Positions 27,630 through 35,655 of a DNA stretch of 56,031 nucleotides are shown here, piece by piece. Numbering within the stretch: the stretch's first letter is position 1; each line of letters begins with the position of its first letter. Source of the stretch: a virus. The position numbers and the translations under genes were made by a program. The stretch spans positions 1 to 56,031 of the IMG/VR virus record IMGVR_UViG_3300021171_000001; one strand, 5' to 3'. The notes under the pieces are model-generated. The model was not told the origin of the DNA and did no database searches. It worked only from the letters and a program-made list of their open reading frames with translations.

Positions 27630-27818
27630 ATGCCACGTACAAAAGCGAAAGTTACCCCGAAGATGCGCAAGCGGACGCGAGCGACGAATGTGCACGTACA
27701 CATTCATCCGCCTGCACAGCCGTCCGAGGAAGAGAGAGCGGAATTCATGCAGGAACTCGTTGGCTCGAATCCCGATGGTTTGTCGGATGACGGCCCGGAT
27801 TCCGACTCGCTCGCGTAA
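27630..27818 (+). CDS. Small protein with a basic N-terminus and an acidic C-terminus
   Basis: 62 aa; RBS TAGGAGAAAAACCAAAC. Confidence 0.55.
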   Translation: MPRTKAKVTPKMRKRTRATNVHVHIHPPAQPSEEERAEFMQELVGSNPDGLSDDGPDSDSLA

Positions 27819-27898
27819 AGGCGCATTGCCGATAGGACTCCCAAATCGGGAGTCCCTTCGGGAGTGCGCACAAGCATTCCCATAGGAGCAAACCTTGA

Positions 27899-28318
27899 AT
27901 GCTAATCGAGCTTACTAGAAACGGGAAGATTCATGCGTCCACGATGATTCCCAATCCAACGAAGTGCGCGGCAATGCGGACGAAGACGTACCCCTACGCT
28001 GTGCGCATCGAAGCAACGGACAAAAAGCTATCGCCCGAAGGCTATATCTTCAATAACGAGCGAATCCAAAGCTATTTTGATCATCGCTTTGGACACTTAG
28101 CGAAGCCTTGGCACGCGGAGTCATGCGAAAACATGGCTCTTACAGCCTGCCATGAGTTAGCTCAAATCATGCTTAACGAAGGAATCGAGGTTAAGTGTGT
28201 GGAATGTCAGATACTTGGGAGCAATGGAGCGAAGATTCGAGGAATCTGGAATGCCGACAATCGAATGGAGGAAACCAACAGTGACAGGATTCCTGAGAGC
28301 ATTACTCGCGGAATGTGA
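27899..28318 (+). CDS. Hypothetical protein
   Basis: 139 aa; RBS TAGGAGCAAACCTTGA. Only a weak QueD/PTPS-like pattern, without the His triad. Confidence 0.55.
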   Translation: MLIELTRNGKIHASTMIPNPTKCAAMRTKTYPYAVRIEATDKKLSPEGYIFNNERIQSYFDHRFGHLAKPWHAESCENMALTACHELAQIMLNEGIEVKCVECQILGSNGAKIRGIWNADNRMEETNSDRIPESITRGM

Positions 28319-28481
28319 GCGAGAGCACAAAGCGTCGGGAGACACGGGAGACTGGCAAGTCTGGTACGCGGCTTACATGACTCCTAAGCTTTCCGAATGG
28401 CAGGTAAACACATATGGAAGCTTCGCGGGCGAGGTAGCTTGTCCATACAAGGCGGAGACCAATGGCAAAAAGAGCACGTAA
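28251..28481 (+). CDS. Hypothetical protein
   Basis: Start chosen at MPTIEW behind GAGGAATCTGGA; overlaps the previous gene by 68 nt. Confidence 0.4.
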   Translation: MPTIEWRKPTVTGFLRALLAECEREHKASGDTGDWQVWYAAYMTPKLSEWQVNTYGSFAGEVACPYKAETNGKKST

Positions 28482-28665
28482 GTGGGCGATTCGATGCGCC
28501 AAGCGCTGTAAGGGATTCGCGATACGGGCAGGGATCACTTGCCTAGCGGTATTCGCGGTCCTAATCGTCTTGGCGAACACGGGCGAAGCAATCACGGTAG
28601 GGGTAGCGTTCGAGAGATTAGCGGAAGCGCTCGGATACGCTACAGCCGACACGTTAGCGGAGTGA
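28462..28665 (+). CDS. Small membrane protein
   Basis: 67 aa; TM segment GITCLAVFAVLIVLANTG. Confidence 0.5.
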   Translation: MAKRARKWAIRCAKRCKGFAIRAGITCLAVFAVLIVLANTGEAITVGVAFERLAEALGYATADTLAE

Positions 28666-28733
28666 ACGTCCTTCGGAGATTCGGGAAACCGAGTCTCCGG
28701 GGATGCGTTCGAGACGCATCTAGGAGCGAAACA

Positions 28734-29219
28734 ATGGCAAAGAGACTACTTGCGACGTTGAAAGTGTACGAATCGGATGCGGATTGTTTATCCGGTTTGC
28801 AGGTGAAGTATCGGAGCGATACGGGCGAAGTTGATAAGAATTTCGAGTTATTGCTTTGTCCGAAGGGAACAACGGGAAACGGACTCGAACAACGAGACCG
28901 CGTTCAGATCATGGCGCATGAACTCGGACACTTTGTTGGGCACGTACTCGGATTACCGGCGCATCGGGAATCGCGGGAAGCGGGCATTAAAGCGCATTTC
29001 GCGGGATTCGATCATAGCTATACGCGCATGGCACCAGCAGAGCAGGAAGCTTGGAACGTCGGAGAACAGATTGTTCCGGGTGCAATGAACTCGCCCGCAT
29101 ACTTTGTTTCGATGAATGGATATCGCGGGCATGATGCGGAACTCGAAAAGGCCATCGAAGACCTAGCGCCAGAACCCCGAGAATACTTTCGGGAACTCCT
29201 CTTAGGGGGAAACCGATGA
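28734..29219 (+). CDS. HExxH metallopeptidase-like protein 1 (ImmA/IrrE-like motif order)
   Basis: ATG 28734 behind TAGGAGCGAAACA. IMAHELGHFVGH ... AEQEAWNVGEQIVP. Confidence 0.5.
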   Translation: MAKRLLATLKVYESDADCLSGLQVKYRSDTGEVDKNFELLLCPKGTTGNGLEQRDRVQIMAHELGHFVGHVLGLPAHRESREAGIKAHFAGFDHSYTRMAPAEQEAWNVGEQIVPGAMNSPAYFVSMNGYRGHDAELEKAIEDLAPEPREYFRELLLGGNR

Positions 29220-29713
29220 AAACATTAGCTTTTGTAGTGATTGAAATTGATCCGAACGCGAAACCGCAACCGAGTAGCACTAGTCCGATGGGCACAGCGG
29301 TTAATCCGACTACGGGAGAAACGGCACAAGCTTTCCGTATTCAAATCTTCCCGAATGACGTAAACGGCGAAGCATCGAAGCTAACACCGGAAAGCCTGAA
29401 AACGAGTCTCGCGCATGAACTGGGACACGTCGTGGCGAGTCTCGCGCACACCAAAACAAACGCGAATGATCCACGTAGTAAACCGATGGGCAATCGCTGG
29501 ACAGAGCATCCAGCGGAAGCGGTAATCGAATCGGAACGAGAAGCTTGGGAGATAGCGCGTCTGATCGCACCCGATTTGGACGAAGCGGAAGCGAAGCGCA
29601 ATTTCGATAGTTACGCGGACCATAGCGCAGAACTCGATTCAACACTCAAGTCCGCGATTCTCATTGATGCGCTAGTCGATTCGATTGACAAGCTCGGGAA
29701 GGCGGTAAACTGA
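29216..29713 (+). CDS. HExxH metallopeptidase-like protein 2
   Basis: ATGA coupling. SLAHELGHVVASLAH ... SEREAWEIARLIAP. Confidence 0.5.
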   Translation: MKTLAFVVIEIDPNAKPQPSSTSPMGTAVNPTTGETAQAFRIQIFPNDVNGEASKLTPESLKTSLAHELGHVVASLAHTKTNANDPRSKPMGNRWTEHPAEAVIESEREAWEIARLIAPDLDEAEAKRNFDSYADHSAELDSTLKSAILIDALVDSIDKLGKAVN

Positions 29714-29803
29714 ATGACAATCGGATGGATTGCGTTAGGGATAGCGGCAATTCCGGTAATCGGATGCTTAGTTTGGCATCTTCGGATACGCTTTCCCGGT
29801 TGA
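29714..29803 (+). CDS. 29-aa single-TM peptide
   Basis: Translated by hand: MTIGWIALGIAAIPVIGCLVWHLRIRFPG. The ATG directly follows stop 29711-29713. Confidence 0.35.
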   Translation: MTIGWIALGIAAIPVIGCLVWHLRIRFPG

Positions 29804-29810
29804 TTCTGTC

Positions 29811-29848
29811 TTGCGGGTGCGGCATTCGGAAACGGTGCCAATCCCGGA
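29811..29848 (+). promoter_or_regulatory. Conserved intergenic hairpin element, copy C
   Basis: TTGCGGGT-gc-GGCA-ttcggaaacgg-TGCC-AATCCCGGA. The 3-prime flank continues into the GGAGG RBS of ATG 29859. Confidence 0.7.
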
Positions 29849-29858
29849 GGATAGACGA

Positions 29859-30059
29859 ATGAAAAGAGAATATAAGACACCGGAAGCGAACAGGATTGCG
29901 AGCGCACGGCAATTTTACGAAATGGGACTCGCATGGCGATGGATTCGGAAGCATCGGCCCGACATCGAGCAAATCATTCGGGCCGAAGGATTTAAGAAGT
30001 ATCCGGCATCAAAACGACCTAGTTTGATGTTGCCTAAGTCATTGGAGACATTAGAGTAA
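29859..30059 (+). CDS. Hypothetical basic protein
   Basis: MKREYKTPEANRIASARQFYEMGLAWRWIRKHRPD...; RBS GGAGG 8 nt upstream. Confidence 0.55.
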   Translation: MKREYKTPEANRIASARQFYEMGLAWRWIRKHRPDIEQIIRAEGFKKYPASKRPSLMLPKSLETLE

Positions 30060-30072
30060 ATCGGAGGATAGA

Positions 30073-30249
30073 ATGCGCACGGCGCTTGCAACGCTCTTGG
30101 TAGCGGCTTGGTTCTACATGCCGAAGATTCGACACGCGAAATGGGACGGTAAACGGTTTAACTGTCCTATTAACACTGACCTATGGGCCGATGAAAGCGA
30201 AGCATTGGCAGGGAAAGATTACGTCTATTGCATCTCGGAACGTCGATAA
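30073..30249 (+). CDS. 58-aa hypothetical protein with a hydrophobic N-terminus
   Basis: Translated by hand: MRTALATLLVAAWFYMPKIRHAKWDGKRFNCPINTDLWADESEALAGKDYVYCISERR; RBS GGAGGATAGA. Confidence 0.45.
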   Translation: MRTALATLLVAAWFYMPKIRHAKWDGKRFNCPINTDLWADESEALAGKDYVYCISERR

Positions 30250-30251
30250 AA

Positions 30252-30380
30252 ATGTGCGAATTACTGGAACTCGTTTTCGGTCTATGGCTTATGTCGCTCA
30301 TCGGCCTCGTTACGCTTTACGTTCTCTGGAAGATTGTCGAATGGCTAGCTTTCGGACACAAACCGAACATTCGGCCTTGA
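30252..30380 (+). CDS. 42-aa single-TM peptide
   Basis: Translated by hand: MCELLELVFGLWLMSLIGLVTLYVLWKIVEWLAFGHKPNIRP. Confidence 0.35.
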   Translation: MCELLELVFGLWLMSLIGLVTLYVLWKIVEWLAFGHKPNIRP

Positions 30381-30412
30381 CTCCGAATCCCCGATAGGCG
30401 CATTCTCTCGGC

Positions 30413-30529
30413 ATGGACGCGAAACCTCGGTTATCCCCAATTCCGATGCTCTCGGACCTGAAACACGCCATTTCGATGCTGCGAACGCACGCCAACGCCA
30501 CCAATGCACGTTCTACGGCCCGGCCTTGA
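30413..30529 (+). CDS. 38-aa hypothetical peptide
   Basis: MDAKPRLSPIPMLSDLKHAISMLRTHANATNARSTARP. Its TGA overlaps TTG 30526 of the next ORF (TTGA coupling, as seen elsewhere in this genome). Confidence 0.3.
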   Translation: MDAKPRLSPIPMLSDLKHAISMLRTHANATNARSTARP

Positions 30530-30777
30530 ACGCCAAACCTCACGCAAAGCGTACTAGCGCGGCCACTATTGCTCACATCGCGAGACTTAGGCGCATGAGT
30601 GAAGAGGAGCGTAAGGCTTGGGGTATGCGTCTGTTCGCAATCTATAGCGGACGTAAGACTCAAGAAATGTATAGGTTACGAGGTATTGATGCGATGGCGC
30701 ACGCACGCAAGTTCCGATGGCCGAATAAAGACGGTCACGTGAAGGCGAAGCGCAGCAAAGTACTGCCGATTGCGTAA
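30526..30777 (+). CDS. Hypothetical basic protein
   Basis: 83-aa ORF with TTG start. Confidence 0.4.
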   Translation: MNAKPHAKRTSAATIAHIARLRRMSEEERKAWGMRLFAIYSGRKTQEMYRLRGIDAMAHARKFRWPNKDGHVKAKRSKVLPIA

Positions 30778-30837
30778 GTCATTCAATCTACAGGTAGATG
30801 CGCGTTCACGTCCTATAATCAACAATCTGTTACTAAG

Positions 30838-30991
30838 TTGGGCATAGACGCGAGTAACTCTCTTATTCTAAGCCAGTAACGTCTCTAACCATCCCATCGA
30901 GGAAAGTGCAAGCCCCCCGCGTTCGAGATCGGCGGCGGGAAACTGGCTACTGCTAGACTCAGGCACATAAAATCCCCGTTCTATGCCCAAC
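30838..30991. repeat. Perfect 11-bp inverted repeat flanking 132 nt of non-coding DNA
   Basis: GTTGGGCATAG at 30838-30848 and CTATGCCCAAC at 30981-30991. Confidence 0.85.
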
Positions 30992-30997
30992 TTGTTC

Positions 30998-31064
30998 GTA
31001 ATACGAATTTGCTTGACAACGTAATACGGCTGTGTAATACGGTAATACCGATGGCGCGTAATAC
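30998..31064 (+). promoter_or_regulatory. Promoter with five GTAATAC heptamers (candidate operator array) around the start of the RHH gene
   Basis: GTAATAC at 30998, 31021, 31034, 31042 and 31058. TTGACA 31013-31018, 16-nt spacer, TAATAC 31035-31040, ATG 31051. Confidence 0.55.
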
Positions 31065-31554
31065 AGTGACGATCAGTTTGAGATTAAATCCGGAAGAGGC
31101 GGCGGTGTGGCGGGAGCGGGCGTCTGCGAGTGGGGAGCAGACGTTAACGAATTGGATTCGGAAGCGGTGTAATATCGATGGGGCAGGGCCGCGCAGAGCG
31201 GGACAGATACCGCCGGTTCCTGTCGAGATTGATGTTCGGCAAAAACCTCCATCTCGACAATCTGTTTCCAACTCGGCTGAGATGCCGACTGCCCCGACCA
31301 AGATGGAGGAAAGTGTCGAAGATCATCGAGATTCGGACGTGTCAAGGGGTGGAGAAGTACCTACTCCGAAGCGACGGGAGCCTGTGCCCGTGGAGGCTGG
31401 TGGAGGACCTTGCGATCACGATTTCGGATATGGGGTTGGGAAGTGCCCGTATGGGACGTGCCGAAACAGGAACAAGAAGGCCAAGGTTCGATGCGAGCAT
31501 GGAACGGAGAAGGGATTCCGATGTTGGCAGTGTGGAGGGATGGCGAAATGCTGA
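31051..31554 (+). CDS. Ribbon-helix-helix (CopG/Arc-like) DNA-binding protein with a Cys-rich C-terminus
   Basis: MARNTVTISLRLNPEEAAVWRERASASGEQTLTNWIRKRC has the beta-strand/helix/helix RHH pattern. Confidence 0.6.
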   Translation: MARNTVTISLRLNPEEAAVWRERASASGEQTLTNWIRKRCNIDGAGPRRAGQIPPVPVEIDVRQKPPSRQSVSNSAEMPTAPTKMEESVEDHRDSDVSRGGEVPTPKRREPVPVEAGGGPCDHDFGYGVGKCPYGTCRNRNKKAKVRCEHGTEKGFRCWQCGGMAKC

Positions 31555-31718
31555 GTGATTTCGAACGGGAAGAGGCGCGGTATCTATATCCGAGAGAGCA
31601 CTATACGGTGATTGAGGAGCATACAGGGGAGTCGAAGTGGCAGACGTGCATGTGCCGGAGTTGTCAGGACAAGCGGGAAAGGTTGGCGCAGCGGGTTGAT
31701 CCCCCGGACGAGTTTTGA
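31548..31718 (+). CDS. Small Cys-containing protein
   Basis: MLSDFEREEARYLY...CMCRSCQDK; its ATG overlaps the previous gene. Confidence 0.45.
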   Translation: MLSDFEREEARYLYPREHYTVIEEHTGESKWQTCMCRSCQDKRERLAQRVDPPDEF

Positions 31719-31721
31719 TCG

Positions 31722-32321
31722 ATGGTCCGAATTGGCACGCCTGTTCCTGCGATTCTAGAGAAAGGCGATTGGAAGAAGCCGAAGGTGGACCGCGCCCAAT
31801 TGCGCAAGATGCTCGAAGAAGGGCAGTTGATGCAGATCGAGATTGCGAATCGATTGGGAGTGACCCGAGAGCGAGTTAGGCAATTGTCGAATAAGTGGGG
31901 CTTCGGAACGGGCCGAGAGCAGGGAGCGAAGCGTAAGTTCGAGCGGATGTTGGCCGGGATGGAGGAGAATCGGTTTTACCGTAGGGCGATTGAAGAGGGA
32001 TTCGAGGTAAATTGGAGTCCCGAAGGGCCGGAATCGTTCATTGTTGGGACGAAACTAGTTCGAGTACGAAGTGCACCGAGTAAATTTATTAGTGGTTCCT
32101 ATAAAGTGATCGTACTTCGAGCACCGCTTCGACCGGCTGATATTTGCGCTTGGGAATTACCGGACGGCAGGTTTCTGATTATGCCCCAGGAATTGTGGCC
32201 GGAATCGCAGACATGCTTTCGGTTGGAGGAGCCAAAGACAACCAATGGTAGAGTGCTATCGAATGCGCATCATTACCGGGATTACATCGAGGCGTGGCAC
32301 GTTCTACGGGAGGAACCATGA
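31722..32321 (+). CDS. HTH DNA-binding protein, sigma-70 region-4-like
   Basis: MQIEIANRLGVTRERVRQLSNKWG resembles sigma-70 region 4.2. Confidence 0.5.
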   Translation: MVRIGTPVPAILEKGDWKKPKVDRAQLRKMLEEGQLMQIEIANRLGVTRERVRQLSNKWGFGTGREQGAKRKFERMLAGMEENRFYRRAIEEGFEVNWSPEGPESFIVGTKLVRVRSAPSKFISGSYKVIVLRAPLRPADICAWELPDGRFLIMPQELWPESQTCFRLEEPKTTNGRVLSNAHHYRDYIEAWHVLREEP

Positions 32322-32584
32322 AGATTTTGGAGCCGGTGGATCAGCAAATAACGATTCGTGGATCATCTCGATGGCTTGAAGTGGTTGCGGCTCTTGAGAA
32401 GTTGCCAAAAGGTTTTGCCTTGCCGGTGGAAACGGATTCGAGGAAGGAAGGTTTGGCCTTGCAGTATTTCATTTTTAACACGCACAATCGGCGCAATAAT
32501 GGAACTAAGTTTAGGGTTCAGCGTCGAGGGTTGACCGTCTTCATTAGTCACTATGAACCGCCAATCATAGGAGGAAATAGATGA
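32318..32584 (+). CDS. Hypothetical protein
   Basis: ATGA coupling; RBS GGGAGGAACC. Confidence 0.55.
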   Translation: MKILEPVDQQITIRGSSRWLEVVAALEKLPKGFALPVETDSRKEGLALQYFIFNTHNRRNNGTKFRVQRRGLTVFISHYEPPIIGGNR

Positions 32585-33072
32585 TCTTCAATACGAAACC
32601 GAAGTTGTACCGGGAATCGGAAGTCGAGGAGCCGGATGAATCGAGGAAGGAACTCGCGGTCAAGGCGAAAACCCTCTTGGGTTATTCGGTTTTGGAGCAA
32701 ACGATTCCGAATCGCTCGTCATCGGAAGTGAGCGCTGTTTTCAAGAAGTTGGGCATCGAGCCGCTGAATGAGAGGCAGGTCCAGAAATATCAACGGTGGT
32801 ATCGACAAAAGCATTCCGGGACATTCAGTTGGGAGCGTGTGCATTGGGAATCGGCGCGGATAGAGAACTATGCTGAACCGATGCCCGAATTTGTTCTCTC
32901 GCGGGCTGTCGAATTGAAGGAACATCTTCCGAACGCCGTGTTCAGCATTGAATTTCCGGTGCGGGAAGAGAGGGTCAGGCCCGATCCATTTCTAGTCATG
33001 TACTATGCCGGGATTCGATATTACATCGATGTGTGGGATGAACCGAAATTTGAAGGACGGAGGACGGTCTAG
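32581..33072 (+). CDS. Hypothetical protein
   Basis: 163-aa ORF; ATGA coupling; TAG stop 33070-33072. Confidence 0.55.
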   Translation: MIFNTKPKLYRESEVEEPDESRKELAVKAKTLLGYSVLEQTIPNRSSSEVSAVFKKLGIEPLNERQVQKYQRWYRQKHSGTFSWERVHWESARIENYAEPMPEFVLSRAVELKEHLPNAVFSIEFPVREERVRPDPFLVMYYAGIRYYIDVWDEPKFEGRRTV

Positions 33073-33081
33073 AGGATCGCA

Positions 33082-33873
33082 ATGGAGCGAATCTGCGTCG
33101 TCGGACTCGGCAAAGTCGGGCGTCCCATCCTCGGCATGCTTCGGGATAAGGGCTTCCGAGCCTTCGGTTACGATCATATCCCCAAGGATTCCGAGGTGAG
33201 TCTCGAACAGGCGGTGGATCGGACGGACGCCGCAATCTTCATTGTGCCAACCCCATCGAAGGAAGACGGGTCCTTCTCGAACGATTGTCTGCTCGACGCC
33301 CTCGGCAAGTTCAAACGCTCGATTGCCATGAAGTCGGACTATCTGTACATCATCACCAGCACCACGACGCCGGGAAGCTGCGACCAGTTCCGAGAGATTG
33401 TCGGCGACAACGTGGTCTACAAGCCGGAATTCATTCGCCTGGAATACGTCGAAGCCGACCTCCGAGCACCGTCCTTTGTGCTAATCGGCGAGCATCGAAA
33501 AGAAGCCGGAGACCGAGTCGAGAGAATCTACGAGAAGATTTCGGATGCCCCGGTCAAACGGATGTCGCTTATCGAGGCCGAACTTGCCAAGATCACGCTC
33601 AATTGTGCGCTAACCATGAAGATTTCACTTGCGAATCAACTGCATCTCGTGGCCCGGAAACTTGGGGCCGATTCCGCAAAGATTATGGATGCAGTCGGAA
33701 CCGATCCTCGGATTAACAATCGGTATCTCAAACCTGGATGGCCCTACGCGGGACCATGCCTCGATAGGGATAATCGGATGTTTCAGTACGTTGCCGAACA
33801 AGTGGGAATCGAAGCGCATCTTTCGATAGCCGCCGATTCGATCAATGCGATGATCTATGACGAAGATTTCTGA
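33082..33873 (+). CDS. Nucleotide-sugar dehydrogenase (UDP-glucose/GDP-mannose dehydrogenase family) lacking the C-terminal domain
   Basis: Rossmann motif ICVVGLGKVG. Central-domain pattern ELAKITLNCALTMKISLANQL...GTDPRINNRYLKPGWPYAGPCLDRD with the catalytic-site Cys. Only 263 aa. Confidence 0.6.
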   Translation: MERICVVGLGKVGRPILGMLRDKGFRAFGYDHIPKDSEVSLEQAVDRTDAAIFIVPTPSKEDGSFSNDCLLDALGKFKRSIAMKSDYLYIITSTTTPGSCDQFREIVGDNVVYKPEFIRLEYVEADLRAPSFVLIGEHRKEAGDRVERIYEKISDAPVKRMSLIEAELAKITLNCALTMKISLANQLHLVARKLGADSAKIMDAVGTDPRINNRYLKPGWPYAGPCLDRDNRMFQYVAEQVGIEAHLSIAADSINAMIYDEDF

Positions 33874-34633
33874 GATCGAAGCCTACTGGAACGCCAGCCC
33901 TTGCAACATTCGACATGGCGAAGGCGAAGTCGGAACCGCCTTTTGGTCGCATGGAGTATCGGAGCGCCGGTATTTCGTCGAATCGCATATCCCTGCCTTC
34001 GCGGATTTCAAAAGGTGGGATGGGAAGAAAGTTCTCGAAATAGGTGCGGGAATCGGCACCGATACGTTACAGTTCGCGAAAGCCGGTGCTTTAGTCGATG
34101 CCGTGGAACTATCGAGCCGTAGCCGAATCATCGCCATGCAACGGTTCGATGTGGAAGGACTCGGGCATCTTATTTCCATCAACCGGGTTAATTTCTACTT
34201 GGCCGACGCGGAGAAGTTCCTTCCTGATGGACCGTATGATTTGATTTATTCGTTTGGGGTCCTGCATCACACGCCGCGCCCGGAAATGGTATTGACGAAA
34301 GCGGCTCGACGCCTCGCTCCGGGCGGCGAACTTCGAGTCATGCTCTACGCTCGATGGAGTCTCAAACATCTGCTAGGGATTCAGCCGGAAGCGCAGGCGG
34401 GATGTCCGCTGGTTCGCTGGTACTCGGAACGCTCTGCGCGGCATCTCCTCGAATCATGCGGGTTTCGAGTCTTATCGATTCGAAAGGTTCACATTTTCCC
34501 GTGGCGTATCAAGGATTACGTCCAATACCGATATGTAAAGGCGTTTCCTTGGAACGTGACTCCCGACTGGCTCTTTCGGAAACTAGAACTCCATATCGGT
34601 CACCACCTTCTTATCCGTGCGGTGAAAGCGTGA
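33857..34633 (+). CDS. Class I SAM-dependent methyltransferase
   Basis: VLEIGAGIGTDT (motif I), DLIYSFGVLHH, LAPGGEL. Confidence 0.7.
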   Translation: MTKISEIEAYWNASPCNIRHGEGEVGTAFWSHGVSERRYFVESHIPAFADFKRWDGKKVLEIGAGIGTDTLQFAKAGALVDAVELSSRSRIIAMQRFDVEGLGHLISINRVNFYLADAEKFLPDGPYDLIYSFGVLHHTPRPEMVLTKAARRLAPGGELRVMLYARWSLKHLLGIQPEAQAGCPLVRWYSERSARHLLESCGFRVLSIRKVHIFPWRIKDYVQYRYVKAFPWNVTPDWLFRKLELHIGHHLLIRAVKA

Positions 34634-35655
34634 AAGCCGCCGTTGTCGTCACCACGATCCACGACTGTTCGGTTCTCCTCGACGGCTATCTCCGAAACTT
34701 CGCTAAGTTCGGGCGTGAAGCGACAATCTTCTTAATCCCTGATCGCAAAACTCCCGCATTTAACATTCCAAAAGGCGTGCTTTGCCCAGAACTCACGACT
34801 CAGTTTGATTTCCTAAATGACAGTGGATTCCGCTCGCACGATATTCCAGAGAACTCCGACAATCGGCGCAATGTCGGCTATCTGATGGCGCTTGCCGATG
34901 GAGCGGAAATGGTTGTGTCCATCGACGATGATAACTACTGCTCAGAGAATGAGGATTACTTGCAGGCGCATGAGTACGGTTTTTCAAGGTCTATGGGCTA
35001 TGAGAAAGAAGGACACTGGTATAATAATCTCGCTTTACTTGATGCTCCTCCATACCAATATCCTAGAGGATTCCCTTTTTTTGCAAGGGGAACAACAAGG
35101 TCGAGAAAACTACCGTTAACCGAATCTACTGTTAGAATCAACGCCGGGATGTGGATTGGCGATCCCGATCTAGATGCGATGAGTTGGCTGCATCTTCCAT
35201 TTCAGGCAATCCGATGCTCTAGCGAATTAGTACTTGGACCTGAAACTTGGTGCCCGATCAACTCACAGAATACAGCGGTGCATCGGGATTTGATGGGCGC
35301 GTACTATTTCGTGCGCATGACCTCGATGATGGATCGATTCGGTGATATCTTCCAGGGATATTTCGCTCTCAAAGTAGCAAAGCATATGGGCTGGACAGCC
35401 CGGTTCGGCTCTCCGGTGGTCACACATCGCCGGAACTCCCATGTCTACCTAAGGGATGTACAGAAGGAAATCGAGCCGATCCTACTCCTCGAAGAACTGC
35501 TCCCGAAACTCTTGGAGACGAAATTGACTGGCACGACGGTCGAGGAAGCGTATTTGTCTCTTTCGGACTTTGTCGAAAGCCAAGCATCGCCATTTTATTC
35601 CGAAACGGCTAGACTGATGCGCATGTGGTCGAAGGCCGTAAAGGGGATCGGATGA
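34630..35655 (+). CDS. GT-A-type glycosyltransferase, RGP/GT75-like
   Basis: GTG 34630 overlaps the stop (GTGA). VVVTTIHD...IFLIPDRKTP...NRRNVGYLMALADGAEMVVSIDDDNYC shows a DxD motif. Confidence 0.5.
   Translation: MKAAVVVTTIHDCSVLLDGYLRNFAKFGREATIFLIPDRKTPAFNIPKGVLCPELTTQFDFLNDSGFRSHDIPENSDNRRNVGYLMALADGAEMVVSIDDDNYCSENEDYLQAHEYGFSRSMGYEKEGHWYNNLALLDAPPYQYPRGFPFFARGTTRSRKLPLTESTVRINAGMWIGDPDLDAMSWLHLPFQAIRCSSELVLGPETWCPINSQNTAVHRDLMGAYYFVRMTSMMDRFGDIFQGYFALKVAKHMGWTARFGSPVVTHRRNSHVYLRDVQKEIEPILLLEELLPKLLETKLTGTTVEEAYLSLSDFVESQASPFYSETARLMRMWSKAVKGIG

Noticed and set aside
27899-28318. 6-carboxytetrahydropterin synthase (QueD/PTPS) assignment
   Set aside because: Only a loose resemblance in strand pattern; the zinc-binding His residues are absent.
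16536-33072. A lysogeny module (integrase, CI-like repressor, excisionase)
   Set aside because: No tyrosine or serine recombinase motif and no attP-like arrangement was found. Only small HTH/RHH regulators are present, so lifestyle cannot be called temperate from this sequence.
34354-34629. N-terminal extensions of track ORFs 34354..35655 and 35953..37485
   Set aside because: The extensions overlap the preceding genes. The conserved domains begin at the overlap-coupled starts GTG 34630 and ATG 36124.
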